Assembly (NCBI GenBank): GCA_963779755.1
Contig: CAVZZO010000001.1
Span: 1 to 64,000, forward strand
Direction of reading: 5' to 3'
DNA length: 64,000 nucleotides
DNA from: an uncultured Gemmatimonadales bacterium
GTDB lineage: Bacteria; Gemmatimonadota; Gemmatimonadetes; Gemmatimonadales; GWC2-71-9
In this document: positions 31,377 through 42,030 of the stretch, piece after piece
Numbering within the stretch: position 1 is the first letter of the stretch
How the letters are laid out: every line of letters begins with the position of its first letter
Notes under the pieces: model-generated
What the model was told of the DNA's origin: nothing
The model's input: the letters and a program-made list of their open reading frames with translations, nothing else
Database searches by the model: none
Program-made: the position numbers and the translations under genes

Positions 31377-34300
31377 CGGTAGTAGACCTTCACATGCGGG
31401 CCGGTGTTGGTGCCCCAGTCGTAGCCGATCTGCGCTTCGGCGCCGAGCCCGATACGCACGCTCTTGGAATAGTCGAGACACACATCGTCCAGGCCGACGC
31501 CGTAGGAGGCGCTGCCGGTGACATCGAAGGTGGCGGTCCCGCGGGCGAACCAGGCGCCGTCGCTGCGATAGGCGCCGTCGCCTTCCAGCGATGCCTTGAC
31601 GCCGGCGGAAACGTGCACACAGAGCCCTATCCCCACCCCCGCCTTCACCCCGGCGTCGATGCCGGCGCCGACCCCGATGTAATAGGTGTTGGCCTGCTGG
31701 AAGTTCGCGCCGAACCGCATGTCGCCCCAGATGTTGCACCAGATCTCTACGTCGGCCACGCCGATGTCGAAGCTCCCATTGGGGCAGACCGGTACCGGGA
31801 TCGAGATCTCCCCCTCCATGAAGAAGCCGTTGATGACGTGGAACTGCGCCGGCACATCGCGCTTGCCGTAGCTCTTGAACCGGGCGAGCAGGTCGGCGTC
31901 CAGGGTGGCGTCGCCGATGAGCAGCGCCGCCGACCCGGAGACATGCGGCGTCTTGAGCGAGAACCCGGCGCCGGTGAAGAAGTACCAGTAGCGGTGGGAC
32001 GGGTTGCCGCTGATGATCATCTCGCTGGTGCCGCTCACGTGGGCGCCGGGCGCGATGTCCTTGTCGGTCTGAACCGACCCCTCCAGCCGCTGCTCCGGGA
32101 AATTCATGGTGATGGCCATGTTCCCGAACGGCGTGGGGATGTTCGTCACCGCCAGGCCGCCGGTGCCGGCGTTCACATTGGTGCCCTGCACACCGATGGA
32201 CAGGTCGCCCGATACCTGGCTGCTCACATCGAGGTGGCCCTGGTAGTTCGTGCCCCACTGCCCGCCGGCCACCTTCGCCCCGCCCTTGAGCTGGCTGATC
32301 CCGATCTGGCCCACGTCCAGCGTCGCCTTGGGCAGCGGGAGCGCCTCGATCTTCTCACCCGGCCCCATGGGCGTGCGCCGGAACGAAGAGGCGACGGAGA
32401 ATTTCTTCGGCACCGTCACGGCGCCGTCGCCGTGGAAACCGGTCTGGTCCAGCACACCCTGCTGCACCGACACCAGCGGCCCCCCGATATCGAAGGGCGC
32501 GATGTCGATGGGATTGAACTTGAAAATCGGCGGCTGGCTGGCCACCGGTCGGGTGTAGTCGATCACCACCGGCTGGGGCTGCAGCCCCGGCACGTGCAGA
32601 TCGAGCGCCCCCGCAAAGCTCACCGATGACTGGGTAATCCCCAGGTTGGAGACGGTCAGGTCGCCGGTATTGTAGAGCCGCACGCTGCTGCCGGACTCCA
32701 GCGAGAAAAGCTTGGAGCCGTTGGAGAGGAAGTTCCAGCTCTGGATTCTGATCTCATCGCCCGCCGCCATGCCGGGCAGGGCGGCAATCCGGCCCCCGTC
32801 GCCGAAGAGCTTCCAGGGGCCGGTCGGCGTATCGCGGCCGAAGGTGATCCCTCCCTCCACTTCCAGGGGCAGGAACCCGCCCAGCAGGATCGGCCCGCCG
32901 CCGAAGGTACCGCCCTCGAGGGTGGTGGGCGTCACCTGCAATCCGGTGAACGGGAAATGGATGGTGCTGGCGGGCTGGTTGGGCGCCATGGGGACGGTGA
33001 TCGCTCCCTGAACCAGATGCAGATGTCCCTGCTGCAGCGACCAGCTGGGCGCGTCCAGGGTCCAGCTGCCCAGCCCAAAGGAAAGCGCCTGATCGCCCTT
33101 GGCCGGCTGCAACCCGGCGCCCGCGCCGGTGCCCGGCTTCACCGTCAGATCGGGGACGGCGATCTTGAGATCGCCGACGCCGGGGATGGCGGTGTGCAGG
33201 GTGGCGGCCAGCGTCATGGCGCTCGCCGCCAGATGCGACGAATCCGCGGCCGCGCCGGCATCGAATCCGTACACGGTCAGCTTGAGATCGCCGCCCTGCT
33301 CGGTCCCCACGTCGTAGCCGCCGGCCGGAGCGGCCGAGGCGCCGCCCGCCTGGAGCGTGGCGATATGCATCCGCTGTGCTCCCGTGGCGCCGGGCAGCAG
33401 CAGGTGCAACGGCTGGCCGAAGGTCAGCTCCGCCGTATTGAGCGGGAAGGAGCCCGGCAACACCTCGACGGCGCCGGTCACCGCGCCCGTCCCGCCGCCC
33501 TGATCGGCCACCGTCAGCCCGCCGTCCTGGTGCTGCCGTACCAGGTACTTGCCATAGAGCGTGAGCGGCAGGTCGCTCTCCGCGACATGCACGGTGCCCC
33601 CCTGCGGTGCCGGCTGGGCGGCGCCGGTAACCGTCACGCTGTCGAACTGCAGCGTCTGCCCGCTGTTCCGGGGGGCAAAGGCCGGGTTCGACGGGACACC
33701 GGTAAAGCGGCCGCTCAGCAGCGCACCCTGTGCCGTCTTCTGGTAGCTCTGCACCTCGATGGTCAGCCCCAGCAGCTCGGTGGGCAGGTTATGGACGGAC
33801 GTGAGGTGAAAGTCCTGTGTCGCCGGCGAACCCGGCTGCGCCGCCACCTGGGCCGAGTCGCCCGTATAGTGGGATCCGGCCTTCCCCGCCCGGACCAGGT
33901 GCGTGCCCACCGGCGCGCCGTGCAGCGCATAATGCCCCGCCGCGTCGGTGGTGTCTTCCAGGTCGGTGCCGCCCACCCCCGCGCCGGCGATGAAGACGCG
34001 CGCGCCCGCCAGCGCCGAGTCGGTTCCACTGCCGCCGTACACGGTGCCCCGCACCGTGGCGCCCGCCGCCAGGCCCAGCACCGACATCACCGGTGTCCGG
34101 CTCTCCGGCACCGGCACCTGCGGTGAGGCGGTCAGGTAGTCGGAACCGGGCGGTGGGGTGATCTGTACCGTCACCTGCGCGATCGAATCCGGCGAGGTCG
34201 TCTTCCAGGAGAATTCCGCGAACCCGCCCGCGTCGGTGGTGGCGCTGGGCTGCCCGTTCTCCTGTGGCAGCGCCACCAACGCGCCCTTGATGGGCGGCGG

Positions 34301-37027
34301 CGACTGCCCGCCGGTCAGGCGCATCACCCGCGGCCGGCCGCGAACCCGCATCTGCCGGCCGGCCGGCGGCTGGTCCTTGAGCGCCACCACCTTCACCCGC
34401 AGCCGACGCATCCGGAGGTACACCACCGCCTTTCCCAGGTCCGACCTCCCCTGGGGAATTGTCATGGTGGTGTCGCTGGGGAAGTACTGGGGGCCGGCAT
34501 CCACGTGTATGGTCTGTCGGCCCGAATTGGCCGGCATGGTGACCTGCCAGGCGCGCACCTGCAGCTGGGTGGCGTTCACCCGCACCAGGCCGCCCGCCTG
34601 CTGCCGCTGCTGCCCCACCCGCAACTGGCGCTGCGCCCGCTGCTGATTGCCTCCCCCCGGCGGCTGGCTGCTCCAGGTGACCTGCCCCCCCATGGGCATC
34701 AGGTACTGGCCCTGCTGGTTTCCGTATACCGGCTGGGCGTCGTAGCCGCCCCCCTGCCCCACCCAGACCTTCCCCGGCACCGGCGTTCCCTGCTCGTCCA
34801 CCAGCGCCAGGGTGATGGTCGCGTCGGGCTGGAGGACGTGATCGTGGTGGGTGCGCACGCCGGAGTCGGGAATGAACGAAAAGGAATCGGGCCGGAACCC
34901 GGGCGCATGCACGTAGACCTTGTAGTTCTTCTTCACCTCGAACCCGCCGACCACGAACTTGCCGTTATCCGACGGTTTTACCGCATGCAGGATCAGCGTG
35001 CCGCCCACGCCCGGCTGCACCAGCACCATCAGGGCCTCGGGAATGGGCTTCTTGCCGCTGTCCGACCGCAGCACCATCCCGAAATATTCCGGCGGCTTCG
35101 CCACCACCGGGATCCGCGCCTGATAGGTACGGCCCGCATCGTACTGCTCGTTGAAGACCGCATCGTCCCAGCCCAGGGAATCGTCCAGCAGCATGGGATG
35201 GCTGACCGACAGCGAGGCGGCAAAGTACGACTTGTTGGGATTGTTGGGATCACTGGACACCCGCACCGAATAGCGATCCGACGCGCCCACATTCTTCACC
35301 AGATGGTAGAAGAGCACGTTACCCTTGTCGTCGGTGCTGCCCTCGCCGATGATCTCGAACAGCCCGTACTTCCCCCGGGGCGCCTTGGCCGTGCCTTCGT
35401 TGGCCGGGGCGCCGGGGGGACGGTACGGGCGCAGCAGCTGTACCCGCATGCCGGTGAGGCTCGCCTTGGTGCCGGCGCGCAACACCGTAACCCGGAGCCG
35501 GTAGGAACGGACCAGCGACACCAGCGTACCCACATCGCCGTTGCCCTTGCGCTCCAGTTCGTCCGCGGGGTTGGCGTAGTGGGGGTCTCCCACTTCCACG
35601 GTGTAGAACCGGGCCAGGTTGGCGCCGCTCTCGTGATAGGCGAACTCGCCGCTGCCGCTCGCGATATCGGCGTGCAGGGCGATGAGGCCGGTGGGCAGGT
35701 CGTCATGGAAGAGGAAGATGAACCGCCCGTCGCTGCCCGTGGCGGCGCTCGCCACCACCTTGCGGTTGTCGCTGTACTGCTTCGAGCCGGCGTAGAGCGT
35801 CTGGAAGGGAATCCACTGCTTGCCGGTGCGATAGTGCACGACCAGCCGGACGGTAACGCCGGCCAGCGGATCGGTCCGGGGAGCGTCGCTGAGGTGGACC
35901 GGACCGCCCGACGACGGCGGCGGAGGCGTGGTCTTCCCCCCTGCCGTGGAGTGCTGCCCCGGCTGCCCCTGCATTTCCATGGTCATGCCGCCGGGCGGCG
36001 GCCCCAGGTAGGTCGCCACCTGCCGCGGCTTGGGCACGGCATTGGGCTGGAAGGTGTACAGCAACCGTCCGCTCAGCGCCGCATTGTACAGCACGTTGGG
36101 CTGCGCGGGTTCCTGGACCCCCGGCTTCTGCTGCGCGGCCTGGGCCGCCCGGCTGAAGGTGTAGATCTCGCTCAGCCCCTGATTCAGTCCCAGCGGCCGG
36201 ACGCCGCCCGCTTCGCCCCTCGGCATCGCCAGCGATTGCACCTGCCAGGCATAGGTCTTCCCCGGCTGCAGCGGCGGCGCCGAGGCCGGCCAGGGGAAGG
36301 TGGTAAGACCGATCAGCTCGCGGTCCAGCAGCGGATGGCTTCCCGCCAGAGCCTGGCGCGGCGTCTGGCCCCGCAGCACCTCGGCCACGCGCAGCACATA
36401 AGCGGGCCGCGGGGTGGTCGCAGACACCACCGGGGTCCACTGGAAGGTGGGATAGGGCGTCTGCACCTGGGTATGGTTGGCCGGCGCGATCAGATGGGGT
36501 GGCGGGGGCTGGATCACCATCTTGCGCTGCACTACCACGGCCGGCTGTTGCGGTGCCGCCAGGCTGAAGCTGGCGCAGCGGTGGATGAGCATCAGCTTCA
36601 CGGCCATATCCGCGCTGGGAGGCGGCGGCTGAACATCCACACAGAGCTGATAGGACCCGGGTGGCAGTGTGCCGCTCTGGGCCACCTGGCTCCCCGCTCC
36701 GCTCCAGTTCATGCGGCTCCAGGCCGCCAGCTGAGGCGTGCGCAGAATCCGGGTGCCGGACGGCAGCTGGGAGAGGTTCCCGGGGACTTTGCCGATGAGC
36801 TGCCCGTCCTTCAGCAGCGTCATGGTGGAGGTGACCGCGACCGGCTGGGCCAGCGTGGTCTGGACCACCACCATGGCAATCCCCGGACTGCTGCTCCAGG
36901 CCTTCCAGTCCGACGAAGGCTGGGGCACGCTCACCGTCACGTTGACCACCGGCTGCTGGGCCTCGGCCCCACGCGCGCCCAGCGCGGCGATGGCCAGTGC
37001 GGCGGCGGAGAAGAGTTTCGCGCGCAT
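31373..37027 (-). CDS. 1884-aa secreted protein: TANFOR-like N-domain, carboxypeptidase-regulatory-like repeats, long beta-rich C-terminus
   Basis: Signal MRAKLFSAAALAIAALGARGAEA; ATGA overlap with the downstream gene, TGATG overlap with the upstream gene. Confidence 0.75.
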   Translation of the reverse strand: MRAKLFSAAALAIAALGARGAEAQQPVVNVTVSVPQPSSDWKAWSSSPGIAMVVVQTTLAQPVAVTSTMTLLKDGQLIGKVPGNLSQLPSGTRILRTPQLAAWSRMNWSGAGSQVAQSGTLPPGSYQLCVDVQPPPPSADMAVKLMLIHRCASFSLAAPQQPAVVVQRKMVIQPPPPHLIAPANHTQVQTPYPTFQWTPVVSATTPRPAYVLRVAEVLRGQTPRQALAGSHPLLDRELIGLTTFPWPASAPPLQPGKTYAWQVQSLAMPRGEAGGVRPLGLNQGLSEIYTFSRAAQAAQQKPGVQEPAQPNVLYNAALSGRLLYTFQPNAVPKPRQVATYLGPPPGGMTMEMQGQPGQHSTAGGKTTPPPPSSGGPVHLSDAPRTDPLAGVTVRLVVHYRTGKQWIPFQTLYAGSKQYSDNRKVVASAATGSDGRFIFLFHDDLPTGLIALHADIASGSGEFAYHESGANLARFYTVEVGDPHYANPADELERKGNGDVGTLVSLVRSYRLRVTVLRAGTKASLTGMRVQLLRPYRPPGAPANEGTAKAPRGKYGLFEIIGEGSTDDKGNVLFYHLVKNVGASDRYSVRVSSDPNNPNKSYFAASLSVSHPMLLDDSLGWDDAVFNEQYDAGRTYQARIPVVAKPPEYFGMVLRSDSGKKPIPEALMVLVQPGVGGTLILHAVKPSDNGKFVVGGFEVKKNYKVYVHAPGFRPDSFSFIPDSGVRTHHDHVLQPDATITLALVDEQGTPVPGKVWVGQGGGYDAQPVYGNQQGQYLMPMGGQVTWSSQPPGGGNQQRAQRQLRVGQQRQQAGGLVRVNATQLQVRAWQVTMPANSGRQTIHVDAGPQYFPSDTTMTIPQGRSDLGKAVVYLRMRRLRVKVVALKDQPPAGRQMRVRGRPRVMRLTGGQSPPPIKGALVALPQENGQPSATTDAGGFAEFSWKTTSPDSIAQVTVQITPPPGSDYLTASPQVPVPESRTPVMSVLGLAAGATVRGTVYGGSGTDSALAGARVFIAGAGVGGTDLEDTTDAAGHYALHGAPVGTHLVRAGKAGSHYTGDSAQVAAQPGSPATQDFHLTSVHNLPTELLGLTIEVQSYQKTAQGALLSGRFTGVPSNPAFAPRNSGQTLQFDSVTVTGAAQPAPQGGTVHVAESDLPLTLYGKYLVRQHQDGGLTVADQGGGTGAVTGAVEVLPGSFPLNTAELTFGQPLHLLLPGATGAQRMHIATLQAGGASAAPAGGYDVGTEQGGDLKLTVYGFDAGAAADSSHLAASAMTLAATLHTAIPGVGDLKIAVPDLTVKPGTGAGAGLQPAKGDQALSFGLGSWTLDAPSWSLQQGHLHLVQGAITVPMAPNQPASTIHFPFTGLQVTPTTLEGGTFGGGPILLGGFLPLEVEGGITFGRDTPTGPWKLFGDGGRIAALPGMAAGDEIRIQSWNFLSNGSKLFSLESGSSVRLYNTGDLTVSNLGITQSSVSFAGALDLHVPGLQPQPVVIDYTRPVASQPPIFKFNPIDIAPFDIGGPLVSVQQGVLDQTGFHGDGAVTVPKKFSVASSFRRTPMGPGEKIEALPLPKATLDVGQIGISQLKGGAKVAGGQWGTNYQGHLDVSSQVSGDLSIGVQGTNVNAGTGGLAVTNIPTPFGNMAITMNFPEQRLEGSVQTDKDIAPGAHVSGTSEMIISGNPSHRYWYFFTGAGFSLKTPHVSGSAALLIGDATLDADLLARFKSYGKRDVPAQFHVINGFFMEGEISIPVPVCPNGSFDIGVADVEIWCNIWGDMRFGANFQQANTYYIGVGAGIDAGVKAGVGIGLCVHVSAGVKASLEGDGAYRSDGAWFARGTATFDVTGSASYGVGLDDVCLDYSKSVRIGLGAEAQIGYDWGTNTGPHVKVYYR

Positions 37028-39558
37028 CAGAAGGAGTACCGGTATTCCAGGCTGCCCACCGTCTCGTTGAAGGCGCTGCCCGGCATGGCGGTGCCGTAGG
37101 CGTAATGCCGGTGTGTTACTACCAGCGTCACCTGCTGGCGCGGCGTCACCGCGAAACTGGCGTTGAGCTGCGGGTACAGCTCCGTGTCCAGGTCGGTGCC
37201 GGCGATACCGCTCCAGGTCCATTGCAGGCCCAGCATGGTGTTGAGCCGGCCCTGGAAGAAGGGCAGGGCCAGCGCCGGATACAGCGTGCTGAGATTGGTC
37301 TCCAGCGAGTCCACCTTCACCTGGGTGAAGGTGCCGGTCGTGGTGAGCGAAATGCCCGAAGGAAAGGCCAGGGTATAGGAAAACATGGCGCTCCCCGTGC
37401 GGGTATCCTGCAGCCCGGTAATGCCGGGAGAGGAATTATCGGCGGTCTGCCAGGTGCCCGATGCCGCCAGGACGTGCTGCTCGGCCCCGGTCTGCCAGGT
37501 CAGCCGGGGCGTCAGGGTATAGGACTGGTTCACGTTCCGCAGCGCCAGCATGGGATCGTTGCTTTCCACATTGTTTACGATGTTGCTCGCGCTGCCGTCC
37601 AGGCCGAACGCCGTCGTCGCCTGCCAGCTGGCGGTGAGGCTGTAGATCCCCCGCATGGTGGTGGTGCTCTGCAGCGTGTTATCCAGGTTGTTCTGCTGCA
37701 AACCCGCCTGCAGGCCCAGCGAAAGCGTCCCCCGGTGCAGCTGGCCCGTGGCTTCGTAGCGGATCTGGTCCGACTGCAGCTGCGTATTCCCCAATGCGTG
37801 ATAGTCGGGGCCGACATAGGTCACCCGGCCGCCGAGGGACCATGCCGGCGCCTGCCAGCTGAGTCCCACCGCCCCGGCGTAATCCCGCACCGCGTCGAAC
37901 GCCGCCCGTTTGTCCGCCTTGTAGCTGGAGCGGGTGCCTTCCAGCTCGAGCCAGAGCCGCCGGGCAGAGAAAGGCACCTTGCCGTGCAGGCCGAGCACCA
38001 GGTCCTGCTGGGGCGACGCGGCGGCGGTGGTGTCGCCGAACATGCCCAGCGATCCGGCATCGTCGCTGGCGCTCACCAGCGTCAGCTCCGCCAGCATGCC
38101 GCTGGGCGCTTCATAACCCAGCCGGCCAATGCCCATCCAGCGGGTGAATTCCGGCTGCACGAACTGCCCCATGGTCGGATGGATCGCGCGGCGCGCGCGG
38201 CCGTATCCGCCATCGAAGCGCCAGCGACCCGGGTGGCCCTCGATGCCGCCGCCCAGCAGCGTCGCGTCGGACAGGGTGAGGTCGGTAAAGCGGGGCGTGT
38301 AGTAGCCCGCATGCAGGACGTAATCGCGCCAGGTGGGGCTGACTCCCAGCTGGTTGATCTCCTGGCGGAAACTCACCTGGTCGGTGGAGATGATCGCCTG
38401 GACGGGCACCTGCACCAGCCCGTTGGCCATCGACAACGTGGTGTTTACCTGCAGGCGGCCGGTCTGGTCCGGCCGGGCGGCCGTGCCGGCGCTGCCGGAG
38501 AGATCATACAGCTCGCCGTAGGCGCTGATGCTGCCGCTGGCCGTCAGGGGGGGCGCCGGCGTGGGCGAGGACAGCAGTCCGTAGGCGCCGGCGGCGGGAA
38601 CCCCCAGGGCGATGCCCGCCCCAGCCGAGGAGTCGGCGGGAAGGGTATCGGGCAGCAGCGCGGTGCGGGGGGGCTGATAGCAGAAGGTGTAGATCTGGCT
38701 CCGGCCCTGGTTGGTGCCCACCGGCGCCAGCACCGGCTGGACGTCGCTGCCCTGCAGGGTCACCGACTGCACCTGCCAGGCGTAGCAGGAGCCCGCGCGC
38801 AGCGGGTAGGCTGCCGGCGGGTAGAGCAGCGCGGTGCGCTGGCTCAGGAAGGTCTCGAACACCGGCCGGTCGGCTTCCAGCGCCTCGCGCGAGGTCTGCC
38901 CGCCCAGCATCTCCACCAGCCGGAAGCGGTAGGTCACCCCCGGCACGCCGGTGACCGGCGTCCACTGAAAAACGGGATTCGGCAGCGTCACCGCCATCCG
39001 GTCCACCGGCAGCAGCAGCCGCGGCGCCTCGGGAAAGCGGATAATGAAGGTCGAGCAGGAAATGATGTCGGGATAGGATCGCTGCGTCTGCACACCGGTG
39101 ACACCAGTCAGGGTGACGCAGAGGGTCCAGTCGCCGTCGGGCAGCCGGCCGGTATCGTGCACCTGGCTGCCGGCGGAGCCGATGTAGGAGAAGAGGCTCC
39201 AGGGGGCAATACGCGGCGCCGGAATCATCGAGACCTGGGGCGTCGTGGTGCCGGGAATGGTCAGGAACGGCGGCGTAGCCGGCCCCAGCTGCGCCACCAG
39301 CACATCGCCCCCGTTGCGGCTCAGCGAGGCACTGACCTGGACCTGCAGGTCTTCTCCCGTGCTGTTGGTGAGCGTCAGGAAGGCCCAGCTCGGCCGGGTC
39401 TGCAGATCGGCGATGGATGCGGTCGGATTCGGGGTGACCAGAGTGCCGGTAACGGTCCCCTGTGCCCAGGCGGGCGTGGTCGCCAGTACGAGCAGGGCGC
39501 CGACTCGCAACGCACAACGCGAGAGCCACCCTGGCTTCTGCGGTGCACTTTCAGGCAT
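37027..39558 (-). CDS. Outer-membrane beta-barrel with the same N-terminal domain
   Basis: Signal peptide ..PAWA-Q; alternating amphipathic strands in the C-terminal half; terminal YRYSF. Confidence 0.7.
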   Translation of the reverse strand: MPESAPQKPGWLSRCALRVGALLVLATTPAWAQGTVTGTLVTPNPTASIADLQTRPSWAFLTLTNSTGEDLQVQVSASLSRNGGDVLVAQLGPATPPFLTIPGTTTPQVSMIPAPRIAPWSLFSYIGSAGSQVHDTGRLPDGDWTLCVTLTGVTGVQTQRSYPDIISCSTFIIRFPEAPRLLLPVDRMAVTLPNPVFQWTPVTGVPGVTYRFRLVEMLGGQTSREALEADRPVFETFLSQRTALLYPPAAYPLRAGSCYAWQVQSVTLQGSDVQPVLAPVGTNQGRSQIYTFCYQPPRTALLPDTLPADSSAGAGIALGVPAAGAYGLLSSPTPAPPLTASGSISAYGELYDLSGSAGTAARPDQTGRLQVNTTLSMANGLVQVPVQAIISTDQVSFRQEINQLGVSPTWRDYVLHAGYYTPRFTDLTLSDATLLGGGIEGHPGRWRFDGGYGRARRAIHPTMGQFVQPEFTRWMGIGRLGYEAPSGMLAELTLVSASDDAGSLGMFGDTTAAASPQQDLVLGLHGKVPFSARRLWLELEGTRSSYKADKRAAFDAVRDYAGAVGLSWQAPAWSLGGRVTYVGPDYHALGNTQLQSDQIRYEATGQLHRGTLSLGLQAGLQQNNLDNTLQSTTTMRGIYSLTASWQATTAFGLDGSASNIVNNVESNDPMLALRNVNQSYTLTPRLTWQTGAEQHVLAASGTWQTADNSSPGITGLQDTRTGSAMFSYTLAFPSGISLTTTGTFTQVKVDSLETNLSTLYPALALPFFQGRLNTMLGLQWTWSGIAGTDLDTELYPQLNASFAVTPRQQVTLVVTHRHYAYGTAMPGSAFNETVGSLEYRYSF

Positions 39559-39845
39559 GCACGGCCTCCGGAATGGTCCGAAACCAGGTCACCGGAGAGA
39601 CGCGAAGCGCCCACCCGGAAGACCATGCCGCTCTCGCAGATGCGCGTGAGAGCGGGAGTTACCCCTTGCAGGGCCTGCGGCAAACGATGGAACGATGCTG
39701 CGGACGGGCCGGAGACAGGAGCAGCGGTTCCGGACACCGGCCGCAGGCCAACGCAAGATTCACTCCGCCGCTGGCGCAACCGGCTGCAGGCTAGTACGGT
39801 TCGGTGCCGTTCCACCTCCGCCCATAACCGTCCTGGAGCTTCCCC

Positions 39846-40517
39846 ATGCCCCTCCCCCGCCGCTCGTTTCTCGGCTGGCTCGGCGCCGGCCTGCTGGTCC
39901 CTGCAAGCCACCGTGGTACCTGGGCCGGCAGCGCCGCCGGCCGGGAATACCCCGCCCCGGTGAGCCCGGAGTGGGACATGAGCTGGGTGGACCGGGTCAC
40001 CGGCGACTCCCGGGCCGCCTTCGACGCCCCCGCGGTGGACGAGGGCTCCGGCCTGTTCCGCGCCTGCATGTGGCGCGACCAGCACCAGGAGGTCTACGGC
40101 ACCGACAAGTCGAAGCTCACCGCGGTCCTGGTGATCCGGCACAAGGGCATTCCGCTTGTGATGGACGACTGGTACTGGGAGCACTTCAAGGTGGGCAAGG
40201 AGGAAAAGTTCAAGAGCCCGGACAACGGCAAGTGGTACACGGCCAATCCCATTCGCGTGGCGCCGCCCGACACGCCGCCGAAGTATGCGGACTACAGTCT
40301 GGAGCGGTTCATGGCCACCGGCGGCATCGTGCTCGGCTGTCACATGGCGTTTCAGCTGGTGGTCGCAAAATTCCGCAAGGAATACAAGCTGAAACCCGAC
40401 GAGGCGGAGCAGAAAGCGAAGGAGCACCTTGTTCCCGGCATCATCCTGCAGCCCAGCGGCATCTTTGCCATCCTCCGGGCACAGGAGGCGGGGTGCAATT
40501 ACGTGATGGCCACGTGA
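39846..40517 (+). CDS. Tat-exported DsrE-like protein
   Basis: RRSFL twin-arginine motif; GGIVLGCHMA; PSGIFA..AQEAGC.Y. Confidence 0.65.
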   Translation: MPLPRRSFLGWLGAGLLVPASHRGTWAGSAAGREYPAPVSPEWDMSWVDRVTGDSRAAFDAPAVDEGSGLFRACMWRDQHQEVYGTDKSKLTAVLVIRHKGIPLVMDDWYWEHFKVGKEEKFKSPDNGKWYTANPIRVAPPDTPPKYADYSLERFMATGGIVLGCHMAFQLVVAKFRKEYKLKPDEAEQKAKEHLVPGIILQPSGIFAILRAQEAGCNYVMAT

Positions 40518-40639
40518 CCGGCAGGGGAGGTCAGAAGCGAGGAGGTAAGAGGTAAGAGGTAAGGCGTGAGGCGTGAGGCGTCAGAGCCCGGGCAGTCCCA
40601 CGCCTTACCCCTTACGCCTTGCCTCATAGTTCTTGTTTC

Positions 40640-41218
40640 TTACCTGGGCCGTACCGTCCGCTCGATTCGTGTATCCGGCACCAGCCAGACGAGCGCCACC
40701 AGTACGTAGATCGCATCGGCAATCCACTGGTGCAGGAAGGCCAGTGGGATGGCCAGGGCGTACAGCAGGGGCGACAGCCTGCCTTTCTTGTCCGATCCTA
40801 CCGCCCGTTTCAGGATGGAATCCGGCCCCTGGCTCGCGATGATCCGGCTCTGCAGGATGTAATAGGCGATGGCGGCCGCCAGGAGGATGCAGCCGTAGAG
40901 CGCCGTGGGCACCGCTGCGAAGTGATTCTCCCCCATCCACGCGGTGGTGAACGGCACCAGGGACAGCCAGAACAGCAGGTGCAGATTGGCCCAGAGAATC
41001 CCGCCGGTCACCCGGTCCGTAAGGTAGAGCATGTGGTGATGATTGTTCCAGTAAATGCCGAGGTAGATGAAGCTCAGCAGATAGACCAGAAGAGAGGGCA
41101 GCACTTCGCGTAGCGAGCCCCAGTCGGTACCGTGCGGCACCCGCAGCTCCAGCACCATGATGGTGATCAGAATAGCGACGACACCGTCACTGAACGCTTC
41201 GAGTCGTCCGGTGGTCAT
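40640..41218 (-). CDS. TMEM175-family potassium channel
   Basis: RLEAFSDGVVAILITIMVLE; YWNNHHH; LVPFTT. Confidence 0.9.
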   Translation of the reverse strand: MTTGRLEAFSDGVVAILITIMVLELRVPHGTDWGSLREVLPSLLVYLLSFIYLGIYWNNHHHMLYLTDRVTGGILWANLHLLFWLSLVPFTTAWMGENHFAAVPTALYGCILLAAAIAYYILQSRIIASQGPDSILKRAVGSDKKGRLSPLLYALAIPLAFLHQWIADAIYVLVALVWLVPDTRIERTVRPR

Positions 41219-41268
41219 GGGGCTCTCAGACAGGTTAGCAGTGGTATGTTTTCCGGAGGACAAGATTG

Positions 41269-41901
41269 ATGACACGGCCATCCCGCGCAATTATCCGGCT
41301 CCCCGCCGTCGTCCTGGGGCTCACCGCCCTGTCGGCGCTCCCCCTCCGCGCTCCGGCTCGCCCGGTGGCCACGGCGATCTTCGCCGGGGGCTGCTACTGG
41401 GGCATGGAATCGGTCTTTCAGCACGTGCGCGGGGTGGACTCGGTGGTTTCAGGCTTCGCCACGCCGGCGGCCCCGGCCGACTCCGGAGTCACCCTGCCGC
41501 CGGGCCATCTGAGCTTCGCCGAAGCCGTGAAGATCACGTACGATCCCGCGGTGGTGAGCTACGACCAGTTGCTCGGGGTCCTCTTTACCGTGGCGCACGA
41601 TCCGACCCAGCTCGACCGCCAGGGGCCGGATGTCGGCACCCGGTACCGGTCGGCCATCTTCGTGCAGAACGAGGCCCAGCACCGGGCGGCCCACCGCTAC
41701 CTCGACCGGCTGAAGCACTCCGGCGCCTCCCAGCGCCCCATCGTGACGGAGCTGGTCACGCTCAAGCAGTTCCGCGCGGCCCCGCCCGACCAGCAGGACT
41801 TCGCCGAGAAGCATCCGGATCTTCCCTACATCCGGGTGAACGACGTTCCCAAGGTCAGAGCCCTGCACGAGCGGTTTCCGGATCTCTACCGTGAGCCCTG
41901 A
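41269..41901 (+). CDS. msrA: Exported peptide-methionine (S)-S-oxide reductase
   Basis: FAGGCYWG, HDPTQLDRQGPDVGTRYRSAIF; N-terminal signal peptide. Confidence 0.9.
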   Translation: MTRPSRAIIRLPAVVLGLTALSALPLRAPARPVATAIFAGGCYWGMESVFQHVRGVDSVVSGFATPAAPADSGVTLPPGHLSFAEAVKITYDPAVVSYDQLLGVLFTVAHDPTQLDRQGPDVGTRYRSAIFVQNEAQHRAAHRYLDRLKHSGASQRPIVTELVTLKQFRAAPPDQQDFAEKHPDLPYIRVNDVPKVRALHERFPDLYREP

Positions 41902-41925
41902 ACCTCGACCGGCGGGAGATGGGAA

Positions 41926-42030
41926 ATGCGCGGTTTCTTCGAGAGCTACTGGTGGGTGCTGGCGGTGGTGGCCATCCTGGTGATCATGCTCCTGCGCCGC
42001 TCCTGGCCCGGGGGCGGCCGGCCGGCCTGA
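41926..42030 (+). CDS. 34-aa single-TM small protein
   Basis: MRGFFESYWWVLAVVAILVIMLLRRSWPGGGRPA*; purine-rich RBS; fills the gap after msrA exactly. Confidence 0.5.
   Translation: MRGFFESYWWVLAVVAILVIMLLRRSWPGGGRPA

Noticed and set aside
34505..39963. Long plus-strand ORFs (864 and 988 aa)
   Set aside because: Antisense shadows of GC-rich real genes, with no recognisable motifs.
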